From an uncultured delta proteobacterium (lineage in GTDB: Bacteria; Myxococcota_A; Polyangia; Palsa-1104), in contig CAWAWS010000019.1 of assembly GCA_963785725.1 (NCBI GenBank), forward strand, positions 32,001 through 96,000: a DNA stretch of 64,000 nucleotides, in the 5' to 3' direction. Below are positions 21,501-33,712 of this stretch, piece after piece. The notes under the pieces were generated by a model. That model had not been told where the DNA came from and made no database searches. It was given only the letters and a program-made list of their open reading frames with translations. A program made the translations under genes and the position numbers. The stretch's first letter is position 1, and the number at the start of each line of letters is the position of its first letter.

Positions 21501-21890
21501 ATGGTGGCCGTGAGCGTTCACACGCTGCGACTCGACCTGCGTGGCCTCGTGGTCGCGGCGCTGCTGATCGGGGCGTGCAAGAATTCGGCGCCACCGCTCG
21601 CGACGGCGGCTGCCGTCGTCGATATGGCGCCGGCGCCGCTGGCGTGCGCGGCCATCCAAGGCTGCATCGGCCATTGCCGCGCCGACGATCACGCCTGCCA
21701 AGCCGCGTGCATCGCGCGGCTGACGTCGACGGCGCGGCCGTTCTTCGATCGGCTGCAAGCCTGCGTCGCGCCCGCGTGCGCCGACGGCGACGGCGGCGCC
21801 GCGCCCTGTCGCGATCCGTCGTCGTTCGCGTGCCAGCTGTGCGCCATGAGCCACTGCGCCCAGGTGGGCTCCGCGTGCCTCGCCCACTGA
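21501..21890 (+). CDS. Small Cys-rich lipoprotein
   Basis: LIGAC lipobox; multiple CxxxC motifs. Confidence 0.6.
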   Translation: MVAVSVHTLRLDLRGLVVAALLIGACKNSAPPLATAAAVVDMAPAPLACAAIQGCIGHCRADDHACQAACIARLTSTARPFFDRLQACVAPACADGDGGAAPCRDPSSFACQLCAMSHCAQVGSACLAH

Positions 21891-22079
21891 ACCTGTATTC
21901 GCGGCTGACACCTGTATCGGCCGACGAACAGCGCCTCGACCGTCGCAGCAGCCGATCGCGCTGGCATGATTCTGGCTGAAGGAACTTTTGATGCGCTCGG
22001 CTCGTCGCGTGATTCGGCAAACGCCGCCTGCGCGTGGCGCTTGCCGCGACGACGGAGCCGTAGTAGCGATCAGCCGGAA

Positions 22080-22514
22080 ATGCGCATCATCTGTCTCGGC
22101 GTCGTATTGCTCTTGGCGGCCTGCACGCGACCGCCGCTGCCACCGCCGCCCGGCCAAGACGGCGGCCTCGACGGCGGAACCTTCGATCTGCAAGCGGTCG
22201 CGCCGCCCGATTGCACCAAAGCGCCCGACTGCTACGTCTGCTGCGGCGGCGTCTACCAATCGGGCGCGCTCGACTTCGACTCGAACACCGAGAGCTGCGC
22301 CTGCGACAACGGGTCGCCCTGCGCCAACGCGTGCAACACGACCGTCTGCGGCGACGGCGTGGGCGCGAACGGCCCGTGCTTGGCCTGCATCGACGGCCTG
22401 TCCGTCGACGGCGGCGCCTGCCAGACGCAGGTCACCGGCTGCATCACCGACGACGGCGCGTGCGGCGCGTGGAAAGACTGCGTCGAAAGCTGCGCTGGCC
22501 AAGGAACCATGTGA
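22080..22514 (+). CDS. Small Cys-rich lipoprotein
   Basis: MRIICLGVVLLLAAC lipobox; dense Cys pattern. Confidence 0.7.
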   Translation: MRIICLGVVLLLAACTRPPLPPPPGQDGGLDGGTFDLQAVAPPDCTKAPDCYVCCGGVYQSGALDFDSNTESCACDNGSPCANACNTTVCGDGVGANGPCLACIDGLSVDGGACQTQVTGCITDDGACGAWKDCVESCAGQGTM

Positions 22515-22549
22515 GCTTACTTATTGTGCGACTGCGGAGGTCGAGCCCT

Positions 22550-22889
22550 GTGCGAGCAGCGATCGTGTTGATGTTGTGTCTCTCGTTAGCCGGCTTCGGC
22601 GGCGTCGCGCATGCCGACGACGAGCTGAAGCTGCACGCCATGCCCATCGCGCGCCGCAATCCGCGCCAGCGCGCCGCGTCCATCGGCCTCTTGATCGGCG
22701 GCGGCGTGTGCTTGGCGCTTGGGCACGGTGTTCGTCGGCCTCGCGTATGACGCCAACAAGAACGCGACGTCGAATATGACCTATCACCCGCAGCAGGAGA
22801 ATCGGCGCGTCGACTTCCAAGTGGCCGACGGGATTCTCTTCGGCGTCGGCGCCGGCGCGGTCATCAGCGGGGTCGTGCTCGCATGGTGA
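22550..22889 (+). CDS. Small exported/membrane hypothetical protein (frameshift near 22722)
   Basis: GGAGG SD and GTG start; signal ending VAHA; two hydrophobic Gly-rich helices when the frames are joined. Confidence 0.5.
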
Positions 22890-23125
22890 GCGCGCGCGTG
22901 TGGACGGCGATCGGCTGCGGCCTCGTGCTCGCGCTGACGATGACGGTCATTTCCTGCTTCTCGGTCACCTTCAAGAACGGCACGCTCAAGTGCAACCCCG
23001 ACGACATGGGCCGCCAATGCCCGGTCGGCGCGGTCTGCTTCGAGGGGTACTGCTACGTGTCGCCCGATCTGCTCGGCGGCGGCGTTCAGGACGGCGGTGT
23101 CAGCGACGGGGCGCCGAGCGACTGA
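22883..23125 (+). CDS. Small Cys-rich lipoprotein
   Basis: Hydrophobic N-terminus ending VISC; C-x7-CPxGxVCxxGxC motif. Confidence 0.6.
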   Translation: MVSARVWTAIGCGLVLALTMTVISCFSVTFKNGTLKCNPDDMGRQCPVGAVCFEGYCYVSPDLLGGGVQDGGVSDGAPSD

Positions 23126-23251
23126 GCGGCGGGCCGACGATCGATTCCGGAGGATGGTGGGCTCCCGCTCGACTCCGGCGGAATTTCCCCCGACCGCCCT
23201 CCCCATTATCGCGCTCTGCGCCGAAAAGTTGCTTCACCCGCCGCAGAATTC

Positions 23252-25313
<2,062 letters not shown>

Positions 25314-25417
25314 GCAGCGCGCACGATATCACGCCGCGACGACGGCCGAGAGACGAGGCGTTGTTGGACTGGGAGATCGAGCCAGCGCGGATGCGACGAT
25401 TCAGCCGTGCGGCGGTC

Positions 25418-27067
25418 TCAGCCGCCGATGTGCGAGAACGCCCAGAAGAGGAAGCCGGCGAGCAGGATCGAGACCGGCAGCGTCAGCACCCACGCCATCA
25501 GCAAGTTGCGCACGGTGCCCCACTGCAGGCCGGAGCGGTTGGCGGCCATCGTGCCGGCGACGCCCGACGACAGGACGTGCGTCGTGCTCACCGGCAGCCC
25601 GAAGTCGTCGGCGGCGCCGATGGTGACCATGGCCGTGATCTCGGCGGCGGCGCCCTGCGCGTAGGTCAGGTGGTCCTTGCCGATCTTCTCGCCGACGGTG
25701 ACGACGATGCGCTTCCAGCCGACCATCGTGCCGAGACCGAGCGCCATCGCGACCGCGACCTTGACCCACAGCGGGATGAACTTGGTCGCCTCGTCGAGGT
25801 GCTTCTTGTAGTTCTTGAGGACGGCGTCGTCCTCGGCGCTGATCGTCGGCTGATGCGTCTTCTCCATCAGCCGCAGCGACTTCGACTGACGAGGTACATG
25901 TCGTTGCGGAAGTTGCGCGTGCCCTCGGCCGGGACGTTGCGCAGCGTCTTGTAGCTCGCCATGTGGCGGCCGATGTCGCGCGTCATCTCGCGCAGCGCCG
26001 GCAGCGTCGCCGGCGCCAGCTGACGCGTGCGCACGTACTCGGTGACCGTCTGGCGCGCCTCGTCGATCGGCGTCGGCACCGTCGGCGTCGTGATGTAGTG
26101 GCCGAGGACGTCGGCGGCCTGCGTCGGAGACGGCGACGAAGTCCTGCGAATGCTGCGGCGTGACCGCGTGGTTCAGCGCGTAGGCCGTGGGCACGGTGCC
26201 GATGAGGATGAGCATGATGAGGCCCATGCCCTTCTGTCCGTCGTTGGAGCCGTGCGCGAAGCTGACGCCGGTGCAGGTCAGGAGGAGCAGGCCGCGGATC
26301 CAGAACGGCGGCGGCGTCGGCGCCTTCGGGCGCTTCGTAGAGGCGCTTGTCGCGGCACGAGCTTCTTCATGACGATGAGCGAGCAGGCCGGCGGCAGACG
26401 AAGCCGACGAGCGGCGAGATGAGCAGCGACTTGCCGACGTTGCCGGCCTGCGCCCAGTCGACGCCGCTGAAGCGCCGGTGCGCGGCAACAGCAGCTGGTT
26501 GGCGAGGCCGACGCCGATGATCGAGCCGATGAGCGTGTGCGAGCTCGACGACGGCAGGCCGAACCACCAGGTGCCGAGGTTCCAGATGATGGCGGCGGTG
26601 AGGAGCGCGAAGACCATGGCGAAGCCGGCGCCGGAGCCGACCTGCAAGATGAGCTCGACCGGCAACAGCGAGATGATGCCGAAGGCGACGGCGCCCGACG
26701 AGACGAGCACGCCGATGAAGTTCCACATGCCCGACCACACGACGGCGATGTGCGGATCGAGCGAGTGCGTGTAGATGACGGTGGCGACGGCGTTGGCGGT
26801 GTCGTGGAAGCCGTTGACGAACTCGAAGCCGAGCGCGATGACGAGCGCGATGCCCAAGAAGAGGAAGGGAAAGATCGACGACGTGCGCACGAACGACAGA
26901 TCGTGCACGAGCTGCGACGCGGCGTAGAGCACGCCGATGACGAGCACGACCGAGAAGCCGATCATGGCGTAGCGGCCTGGTCCCTTGGACAGCTTGGCCT
27001 GCAGCGGGGAATGATGCGGCGCGGGCGCTTCGGCGGGCAAATTGGCGGCATTCGAGGCAGTCGACAT
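25418..27067 (-). CDS. pitA: Inorganic phosphate transporter, PiT family (several compensating frameshifts)
   Basis: GFHDTANAVAT, LPSSSSH, HGSNDGQKGMG, PVSTTH signatures. Confidence 0.9.
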   Translation of the reverse strand: MSTASNAANLPAEAPAPHHSPLQAKLSKGPGRYAMIGFSVVLVIGVLYAASQLVHDLSFVRTSSIFPFLFLGIALVIALGFEFVNGFHDTANAVATVIYTHSLDPHIAVVWSGMWNFIGVLVSSGAVAFGIISLLPVELILQVGSGAGFAMVFALLTAAIIWNLGTWWFGLPSSSSHTLIGSIIGVGLANQLLLPRTGASAASTGRRPATSASRCSSRRSSASSAAGLLAHRHEEARAATSASTKRPKAPTPPPFWIRGLLLLTCTGVSFAHGSNDGQKGMGLIMLILIGTVPTAYALNHAVTPQHSQDFVAVSDAGRRRPRPLHHDADGADADRRGAPDGHRVRAHASAGAGDAAGAARDDARHRPPHGELQDAAQRPGRGHAQLPQRHVPRQSKSLRLMEKTHQPTISAEDDAVLKNYKKHLDEATKFIPLWVKVAVAMALGLGTMVGWKRIVVTVGEKIGKDHLTYAQGAAAEITAMVTIGAADDFGLPVSTTHVLSSGVAGTMAANRSGLQWGTVRNLLMAWVLTLPVSILLAGFLFWAFSHIGG

Positions 27068-27225
27068 GTCGGTCCCCAGTTGCAGTGGAGGCCTTGTTGT
27101 CCGATCAGCGCGGCGGACGCAGGACGACCGTTCGGTAACAAGTCTGTGACGTCGCGCGCGGCGGCGACGGTCGTCTTCGCGCGATCACGGGATTTGACGG
27201 CGCTTCGGGCGCGGCGGCGAGTCGG

Positions 27226-29088
27226 TCAGCGCAGCCGTCTATCGGGCTTGCCGACGTCGTCGAGCGGCACGACCATGACCCGCTGGCGCAGCCGCTCGAG
27301 CAGCGCGCGCACGATTCGCCAGCCGAGCCGGTGACGACGGCGCGGAAACACCGCGTCCATGCGGTCCATGAGCGCGAAGAAGGTGTTGGTGAAGCCGTAC
27401 AGCTCCTCGACCGCGTCGACGCCGGTCATGAGCGCGTCGGGCACGTTGACCCAATCGGCGTAAGGCGCGGCGTCGCCGTCGCGAATCGGCGCCGGCGCGC
27501 CGAACGCCTGCACGGCCAATTGCATATAGCGACTGGCCATTGGATTCACGCCCATCAAAGACGCGCCCACCCAATCGACGGCCAATAGATTGGCGCCGGC
27601 GAGGATCGTCTTTGTCGGTTTCGGATGGCGACTGGCGAAGATGCCAAAGGGTCCATCGGCGGAATAAAAGGCGTCGATGAAGCCGAAATGCACGGGAAAT
27701 GCCAAGAGCATATCGATGGTCGGCGCATATATTTCGCGCTTGTTATGGTACTCGAGCAGCTTGTTCTGCTCGGCCAACGCACCATAGATATTCTTAATCG
27801 TCAGCGTATAGACGGCCCAGGTGTGCGTCTTGTTCTTGGCAAACGAAATGCGAAAGTCGGCGTCGCGCCACGTCGGGCCGACCGAGTGCGCGCCGAGCGG
27901 CGGCGCGAACGTGTAAGGCACTTTCTCGGCCGTCAAGTCGACGACGCGATAGTTCGACGCGCGATAGCCGACATACTGCGCGACGTGCTCGACGCCGCGC
28001 TCTTCGAATTCGTTGCCATAGCAGCTCTGGGCTTCGACGACGGTCACGTTGGTGAAGCCGCGGGCGACGATGCGATCGATCAAGTGCTCGACCAATTCCG
28101 GATCGGTGAAGGTGCTGTGATCGGCCTTCGAATACATGAACATGAAGTTGGGCTTGATGACGACTTTGAAGTCGCGCGCGAGCTCGCCGCCGGCGACGCG
28201 CGCGGCTTCGAGGCGCACAAAGAAGCCGCTGTCGTCGATGGCGCTGTCGAGCAAGGCGCGCTTGTCGTCGCTGTTGCGGCGAATGATGACGCGCGAGCTC
28301 TCCGGCCGCGGGACCATCGGATGGTCGGGATGACGCGCGAAGATCGGCCGCTCGGTCGTGCGCAGCATCGGCAAATCGAAGTGCGCGCGCGCGAGCAGCG
28401 CCGAGAGCCCGACATGCAAGAGCGACTCGAGCGGCCACGAGCCGCAGACGAGCCAGAACGGCGGCAGCGCGCCCGCGAAGCGCCACAGCGTCGAATGCGC
28501 GCCCAAGGTCTCGGCGAAGACGCCGAAGGCCGCGCCGGCGATGAGGATGGCGGCGATGGTTTGGGTGCGCGCCAACAGGCTATAGAGGAGCGCGAACAGC
28601 ACTAAGAACGCGTAATAAGCGACATACGATAGGTGACTGACATAGACGCGACCGCCGTAAGCGACGATGGACGCGGGAATGCAAACGAGGAGCGGGCCCA
28701 GCCACGGGAGGTGCAGTTGACGCGGCACGAGCGCGTGCGCGATGAGCGTGGCGATGCCGTAAATCGTCAGGCTGCCGAAGCCGAAGGCGAAGAATACGAA
28801 GCCGTAGCCGCTCGGGTAGCTCCAGGCGCCGACGCGAACGCCGACCGATTGCGTCGCCAGGCCGAAGCCGCCGGCGGTGGCGAAGAGCGCGAGCCAGCGC
28901 CGCGGCGTGACCAGCCGCAGCGACGTGCCGATGGCGCCGACGAGCACGACGAGCGCGAAGGCGGCGAACGCCCGGTCGACGCGACCGAGGTCGTGCTCGG
29001 CGGCCATGGTGGCGACCGCGCCGGCGGCGGCGAGCGCCACGAGCGCCAGATTGCGCGGATAGAGCCGCGTCGTAATGTAGACGGCCAT
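27226..29088 (-). CDS. Multi-TM membrane domain fused to a DUF362-like domain
   Basis: About 8 hydrophobic segments (two similar halves with W-x-Y/F), then VVIKPN, TDPELVE, VVEAQ, KNKTH, TLTIKNIYG, AVDWVGA. Confidence 0.75.
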   Translation of the reverse strand: MAVYITTRLYPRNLALVALAAAGAVATMAAEHDLGRVDRAFAAFALVVLVGAIGTSLRLVTPRRWLALFATAGGFGLATQSVGVRVGAWSYPSGYGFVFFAFGFGSLTIYGIATLIAHALVPRQLHLPWLGPLLVCIPASIVAYGGRVYVSHLSYVAYYAFLVLFALLYSLLARTQTIAAILIAGAAFGVFAETLGAHSTLWRFAGALPPFWLVCGSWPLESLLHVGLSALLARAHFDLPMLRTTERPIFARHPDHPMVPRPESSRVIIRRNSDDKRALLDSAIDDSGFFVRLEAARVAGGELARDFKVVIKPNFMFMYSKADHSTFTDPELVEHLIDRIVARGFTNVTVVEAQSCYGNEFEERGVEHVAQYVGYRASNYRVVDLTAEKVPYTFAPPLGAHSVGPTWRDADFRISFAKNKTHTWAVYTLTIKNIYGALAEQNKLLEYHNKREIYAPTIDMLLAFPVHFGFIDAFYSADGPFGIFASRHPKPTKTILAGANLLAVDWVGASLMGVNPMASRYMQLAVQAFGAPAPIRDGDAAPYADWVNVPDALMTGVDAVEELYGFTNTFFALMDRMDAVFPRRRHRLGWRIVRALLERLRQRVMVVPLDDVGKPDRRLR

Positions 29089-29289
29089 AGCGGATTGAGC
29101 CCCGCGTCACCTTATCAGCTCGCGCGGCCGAACGCGCACTTGCGGTTACGCGGGATCAGCGATCGGACAAAAAGTCGCGGCTCTCGATCGCGTGGCTCGT
29201 GGCGCGTGGCGATCGTTGAAGCGCATTTTCGCGCGAGTTGATACAGTGACCGCAGGACGCGTGTGCGGACGCGTTTAGTGGGACGCGCG

Positions 29290-31599
29290 ATGAAGCCTCG
29301 CTACGAAGCGGTGGTAATCGGCTCGGGGTTCGGCGGCGCCGTCGCGGCTTGTCGGTTGGCGCAGGCGGGCGTCGGCGTGGCCGTGCTCGAGCGCGGCAAG
29401 CGTTACGACGGCGCGAATCAGTTTCCGCGCGATTGGAAGTCGCTGCTCGGCGGCGGCTGGATCTGGCCCGAGCAGCAAGGTCTCGTCGACGCCAAGCCGG
29501 TCAACGAGATGCAGATCGTGCAAGCGTCCGGTTGGGGCGGCGGCTCGCTCGTCTATGCCAACGTGCATTTGCGGCCGGTGCCGGCGGTGTTTGCGAGCGG
29601 CTGGCCGACAGGCTATTCGCGCGCGACGCTCGATCCCTATTACGATCTCGTCGCGCATATGCTCGAGATCAAGCCGATCACCGAAGCGGCCGGCGGATTG
29701 CCGCCGAAGACGATTCGCATGCGCGACGCGGCCAAGCGGCTCGAGCGTCATGAGCAGTTCGTCTATCCCAACCTCGCCGTGCGAATGGAGGCGGCCGGGA
29801 AAGCTGTCGTCAACATTCACGGCGTCATGCAAAAGGGTTGCGATCATTGCGGCGAGTGCATCATTGGCTGCACGAAACGCGCGAAGAATACGCTCGATCT
29901 GAATTATCTCGCCGTCGCCGAAAAGGCTGGCGCCGTGGCCATTACGCAATGCGAAGTATTCAAGATCGAGCCGATCGACGGCAATGGCGGCTATCGCGTC
30001 CACTATTACGATCACGGCACGGGTGGATTGCACGCTTTTGTCGAAGCGCGCCAAGTGTTCGTATGCGCCGGTGCCGTCAATTCGACAGAGCTGTTACTGC
30101 GCTGCCGCGATCAATACGGATCGTTGCCGAAGTTGAGCGAGGCGCTCGGTCAACGCTATTCCGGCAATGGCGACTTATTGGCGTTCGGTTTCAATCTCGG
30201 CGAGGACTGGTCGCCTTCGCAGGGCCCGACCATCACGACGGCGCTCGTGTGGGATCGCGGCGACGGCGATAATAAAGTTTGGTTCAGCATCGAAGAGGGC
30301 GGCTTTCCCAAAGAGCTAGCTACGGTGATGCAACTGCTCAATCCGCGCGGCGGCTTTCTGCGCGAAGCGGCGCTGCTGCTCAAAGACGAGCTGGTACAGG
30401 CGTTCAAAGAGGCCGCGCACGATAAGCTCGGCGCCGTCGTCCATCCCGATCACGAGCGCACCGCGCTGTTCTTGGCGATGGGCCGCGATCGCGCCAACGG
30501 CCGCATCGGCTTACAGCCACATAGCAATCGATTGCACGTCGAATGGGATATCGATCCCAATCGCATTCTGTACGACGCCGAGCAGCAGCTGGCGACCGAC
30601 TTGGCGACGACATTCGGCGGACAGGTCGCGTTCAATCCGTTCTGGCGCCGCTTGAGCTTACCCATTTCCGTACACAACCTCGGCGGCTGCACGATGTCGG
30701 ACGCGCCCGCCGGCGGCGTCGTCGACGGTAACGGCGAAGTGCACGGCTATCCCGACCTATTCGTGTTGGACGGCGCCATATTACCGGGCGCCACCGGCGT
30801 CAATCCGTCGCACACCATCGCCGCGGTCGCCGAGCGCAACATCGAGACGATCATCCGCCGGCGAAAGCCGACGTTCACGGCGCCCGAGCGCGCCGCCGCC
30901 AAGCCTTTGGTCGACCCACTATTTCAGATTAAGATTCCCGAGGGAGGGACCATGCCGTCACCGACTGCTACGATCGGATTGAGCTTCGCCGAGACAATGA
31001 AAGGCTTTCTCGACCTCGATCATTCGCCTCCCGATGACTTCGGCGGCGGTGAAAAGGCGGGGCAGAAGGCCGATCGTTATGTCGAGTTCAACCTCAAGAT
31101 GAACGCGGCCAACGTCGACGAATTCCTCGACGAAAAGACCCACGCCGCCGTCGCCAGCGGTGAAATCCACGTCGACGGCTTCACCGGCCCCGGCAAAGTT
31201 CCGGTCACCAACGGCGTCTTCAATCTCTTCGTGGAGACCGAGAACTTCTACGAGCGCAAAATGCTCTATGCGCTGCCCTTTTATGGTCAAGACGGTAAGC
31301 CCTACATTCTAGACGGGTTCAAAGAGATCAAGGACCACGGCCGCTTCGACGTCTGGAAGTCGACGACGACGCTCTATACGGTCGTGCGCGAAGGTCATAG
31401 CCGCCAAGGCAAAGTGTTGGCGACAGGAATCATGCACATCCATTTCCTCGATGTGCTGAAGCTGATGAGCACGATGACGGTGTCGGGCACGACGAGCCCG
31501 GTCGAGAAGGCGCATACCATCGAGCGCTTTGGCCGCGCGTTCGTGGGGACGTTATGGGATCTGTTCGTCAAGCATAAGCTGACGCAGCCGTCGACTTAG
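29290..31599 (+). CDS. GMC oxidoreductase (cholesterol-oxidase-like) with an extra C-terminal domain
   Basis: GSGFGG FAD loop, GGGSLVYANV, CxxCGxCxxGC, SVHNLGG, GVNPSHTI; additional domain of about 210 aa starting at FAETMKG. Confidence 0.88.
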   Translation: MKPRYEAVVIGSGFGGAVAACRLAQAGVGVAVLERGKRYDGANQFPRDWKSLLGGGWIWPEQQGLVDAKPVNEMQIVQASGWGGGSLVYANVHLRPVPAVFASGWPTGYSRATLDPYYDLVAHMLEIKPITEAAGGLPPKTIRMRDAAKRLERHEQFVYPNLAVRMEAAGKAVVNIHGVMQKGCDHCGECIIGCTKRAKNTLDLNYLAVAEKAGAVAITQCEVFKIEPIDGNGGYRVHYYDHGTGGLHAFVEARQVFVCAGAVNSTELLLRCRDQYGSLPKLSEALGQRYSGNGDLLAFGFNLGEDWSPSQGPTITTALVWDRGDGDNKVWFSIEEGGFPKELATVMQLLNPRGGFLREAALLLKDELVQAFKEAAHDKLGAVVHPDHERTALFLAMGRDRANGRIGLQPHSNRLHVEWDIDPNRILYDAEQQLATDLATTFGGQVAFNPFWRRLSLPISVHNLGGCTMSDAPAGGVVDGNGEVHGYPDLFVLDGAILPGATGVNPSHTIAAVAERNIETIIRRRKPTFTAPERAAAKPLVDPLFQIKIPEGGTMPSPTATIGLSFAETMKGFLDLDHSPPDDFGGGEKAGQKADRYVEFNLKMNAANVDEFLDEKTHAAVASGEIHVDGFTGPGKVPVTNGVFNLFVETENFYERKMLYALPFYGQDGKPYILDGFKEIKDHGRFDVWKSTTTLYTVVREGHSRQGKVLATGIMHIHFLDVLKLMSTMTVSGTTSPVEKAHTIERFGRAFVGTLWDLFVKHKLTQPST

Positions 31600-32431
31600 C
31601 GGGAATGCCGGCCGCGACTGCGCGCCGCAGGAGAATGAAGATCGCCGCACATAAGGCCGCGTCATAGAAAGACGAGACGCCAATGGCGACTTTGAAAGCC
31701 CGGTTGCCTTCGCAGCGCCAAATGATCCAAGCCCAATAGAACAGCGGCCATGAGGCGCGAAAGAGGCCGCTCGTCACGACGGCGGTGCGATAGCGGTTGA
31801 GATCGCGGGCGCCCAGAAATTGAATGAGCCCCATATTGACGAGGAAGATGCCGGTGGCGCGGGTCCAGAACGGATCCAGCGTCGAATGGACGCCGAACAG
31901 GCGCATCCAGAAGTGCGCCAGGAATCCCCAATTGCAGCCGAAGAGGGTCTCGAGGGCGGCGATCGCATAAAGGATTCGACTGAGCCACGGCGAGGGCGCC
32001 GCCGCCGTCAGGAAGCGATCGCCTTGCCATAAGCCGATCTGCAGCCGTCGCATCGCAAAGATGAGGAATGCGCTCGTCAGCAAGTCGCCGGCCGCAGCCA
32101 TCGCCAATAGCGTATGCATCAGCGTCCAAGGCGCGCCCCAAGCGACGAGGGCGGCGACATAACCGACCGGGAACGACAGCCGTATGAACAGCGTAATCGT
32201 TACGCACGTGCCATAGGCGACCGGGTCGCGATAGGCCATGTACTGCACATAGACGTAGAGCAATAAGAATAATGCTACGCAGATCATGAAGAAACGAGGT
32301 GCGGCAAATTGTCCCAGGCCGAGTGTGTCGAGGATCTTGTCGCCGGCGATCAAGAGCGCGCCGCCGAGCGCCAAATCGAAGAGCGCGAGAACGGCGAAGA
32401 CGGCGCGCGTGACGGTCGTGAGCGCGCTCAT
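31568..32431 (-). CDS. Integral membrane protein with two similar 4-TM halves
   Basis: Hydrophobic throughout; halves share VQYMAYRDP / IQFLGARDL and D-containing final helices. Confidence 0.7.
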   Translation of the reverse strand: MSALTTVTRAVFAVLALFDLALGGALLIAGDKILDTLGLGQFAAPRFFMICVALFLLLYVYVQYMAYRDPVAYGTCVTITLFIRLSFPVGYVAALVAWGAPWTLMHTLLAMAAAGDLLTSAFLIFAMRRLQIGLWQGDRFLTAAAPSPWLSRILYAIAALETLFGCNWGFLAHFWMRLFGVHSTLDPFWTRATGIFLVNMGLIQFLGARDLNRYRTAVVTSGLFRASWPLFYWAWIIWRCEGNRAFKVAIGVSSFYDAALCAAIFILLRRAVAAGIPAKSTAASAYA

Positions 32432-32453
32432 GAGCGACCGCCCGAGCCGCGCA

Positions 32454-33614
32454 TTAGGACACCTGGAACGCGGCCATCTTCGGCGCGTTGGCGAGCGGCC
32501 CGGGCTGCGCGATGAGCGCGCGCAGGTCGTGAACGACGACCGAGCTGCCATCGACGCGCAAGAGCGGCAGCGAATAGTCGGGCGCCGCCAACGAGGCCGC
32601 GCTCAAGTCGGGCACGTGGTCGATCCAGGTCCCTAAATTGACGTAGCGGCCGAGCTCGTAATCGAATTCGTGGGTATGGCCGAGCACGACCAGCTTCGTT
32701 TTCTTCGCGGCATAACGCTGATCCTTGCCGGCGAGCAGGCTGGCCACCGACTGCCGAAAGACGTCCTTCATATCGGTGTCATTGGCGAGGCTGTCGCGCA
32801 CGCGCTTGGCCGAGAGCACGCCGGGCAGGAGGTGGAGCGCCGTCCACACCTCTGCGCGCGCGAGGCCGTGAAAGTAACCGTTGTCGTAGAGCAGCTGCAC
32901 GAGCGCGCGCAGACACGCGTCCGACTCCTGCTGCCGCAGCACCGCCTCGATGCCGTCGACGATGTTCTCTTCCGGCCGCACCGCCGGAATCGCCGCCACC
33001 ATCGCCTGCGGCATGCCGAGAATGCGCAGCGCCGGCATCAGCACGTGGTAAAGCGCCGCCGTGATGATCTGCCCGCGATTGACCACCCCGCCGCTCGTCA
33101 TATTCGACGGATCGAAGTCGTGCCCGTGCGCGCCGATCCAAATGCCGTCGACGTAATAGTCGTCTTTGACGGCGAGCTGCGCCTCGGTCACGCCCAGCGC
33201 CGCGGCGAACGCCGCTTTGCCGCCCGCGTCGTAGCCGGCTTCCCAGTCGTGATTTCCCGGCATGAACACCAGCCGTCCGGCCTGCGCCAGCCGTCCGAGC
33301 GCCGCAAACGCCGCCGCAAAGCGCGCGGCGACCGCTCGGACGCGGGTCGCCGCGTCGCGTACGACGCTGGCGGTCGTCGCCGCCTCGTCCACGCGGTCGG
33401 GCGGCAGCGTCTTGGCGAAGAAGTCGCGCACCCCTTTGTCGGGTGGATTCATGCCCGTCAGGTCCAAGAAGTCGCCGGCGAGCACCAGCTGGCTATCGCC
33501 GTCGGCCAGGATCTCCGCGCACATCGCCGCCAAGACGGTCTCTTTGGCGGTAGTGAACAGATAAGGCTGATCGTCGTCGTGCAGGTGCAAATCGCTGACG
33601 CAATAGATGGCCAT
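32454..33614 (-). CDS. Calcineurin-like metallophosphoesterase (LpxH-like motif set)
   Basis: SDLH, GDFLD, GNHD, HGH, GHTH, YVNLGTW. Confidence 0.85.
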   Translation of the reverse strand: MAIYCVSDLHLHDDDQPYLFTTAKETVLAAMCAEILADGDSQLVLAGDFLDLTGMNPPDKGVRDFFAKTLPPDRVDEAATTASVVRDAATRVRAVAARFAAAFAALGRLAQAGRLVFMPGNHDWEAGYDAGGKAAFAAALGVTEAQLAVKDDYYVDGIWIGAHGHDFDPSNMTSGGVVNRGQIITAALYHVLMPALRILGMPQAMVAAIPAVRPEENIVDGIEAVLRQQESDACLRALVQLLYDNGYFHGLARAEVWTALHLLPGVLSAKRVRDSLANDTDMKDVFRQSVASLLAGKDQRYAAKKTKLVVLGHTHEFDYELGRYVNLGTWIDHVPDLSAASLAAPDYSLPLLRVDGSSVVVHDLRALIAQPGPLANAPKMAAFQVS

Positions 33615-33712
33615 TCGCCCTCTCGCCGGCTCGGATCTCACCGATCATACGTGAAAGTGGGTGGCGTGGCGACGGAGATGCGGCATTTCGCCGCAGTGGT
33701 AAGCGGACGGTC

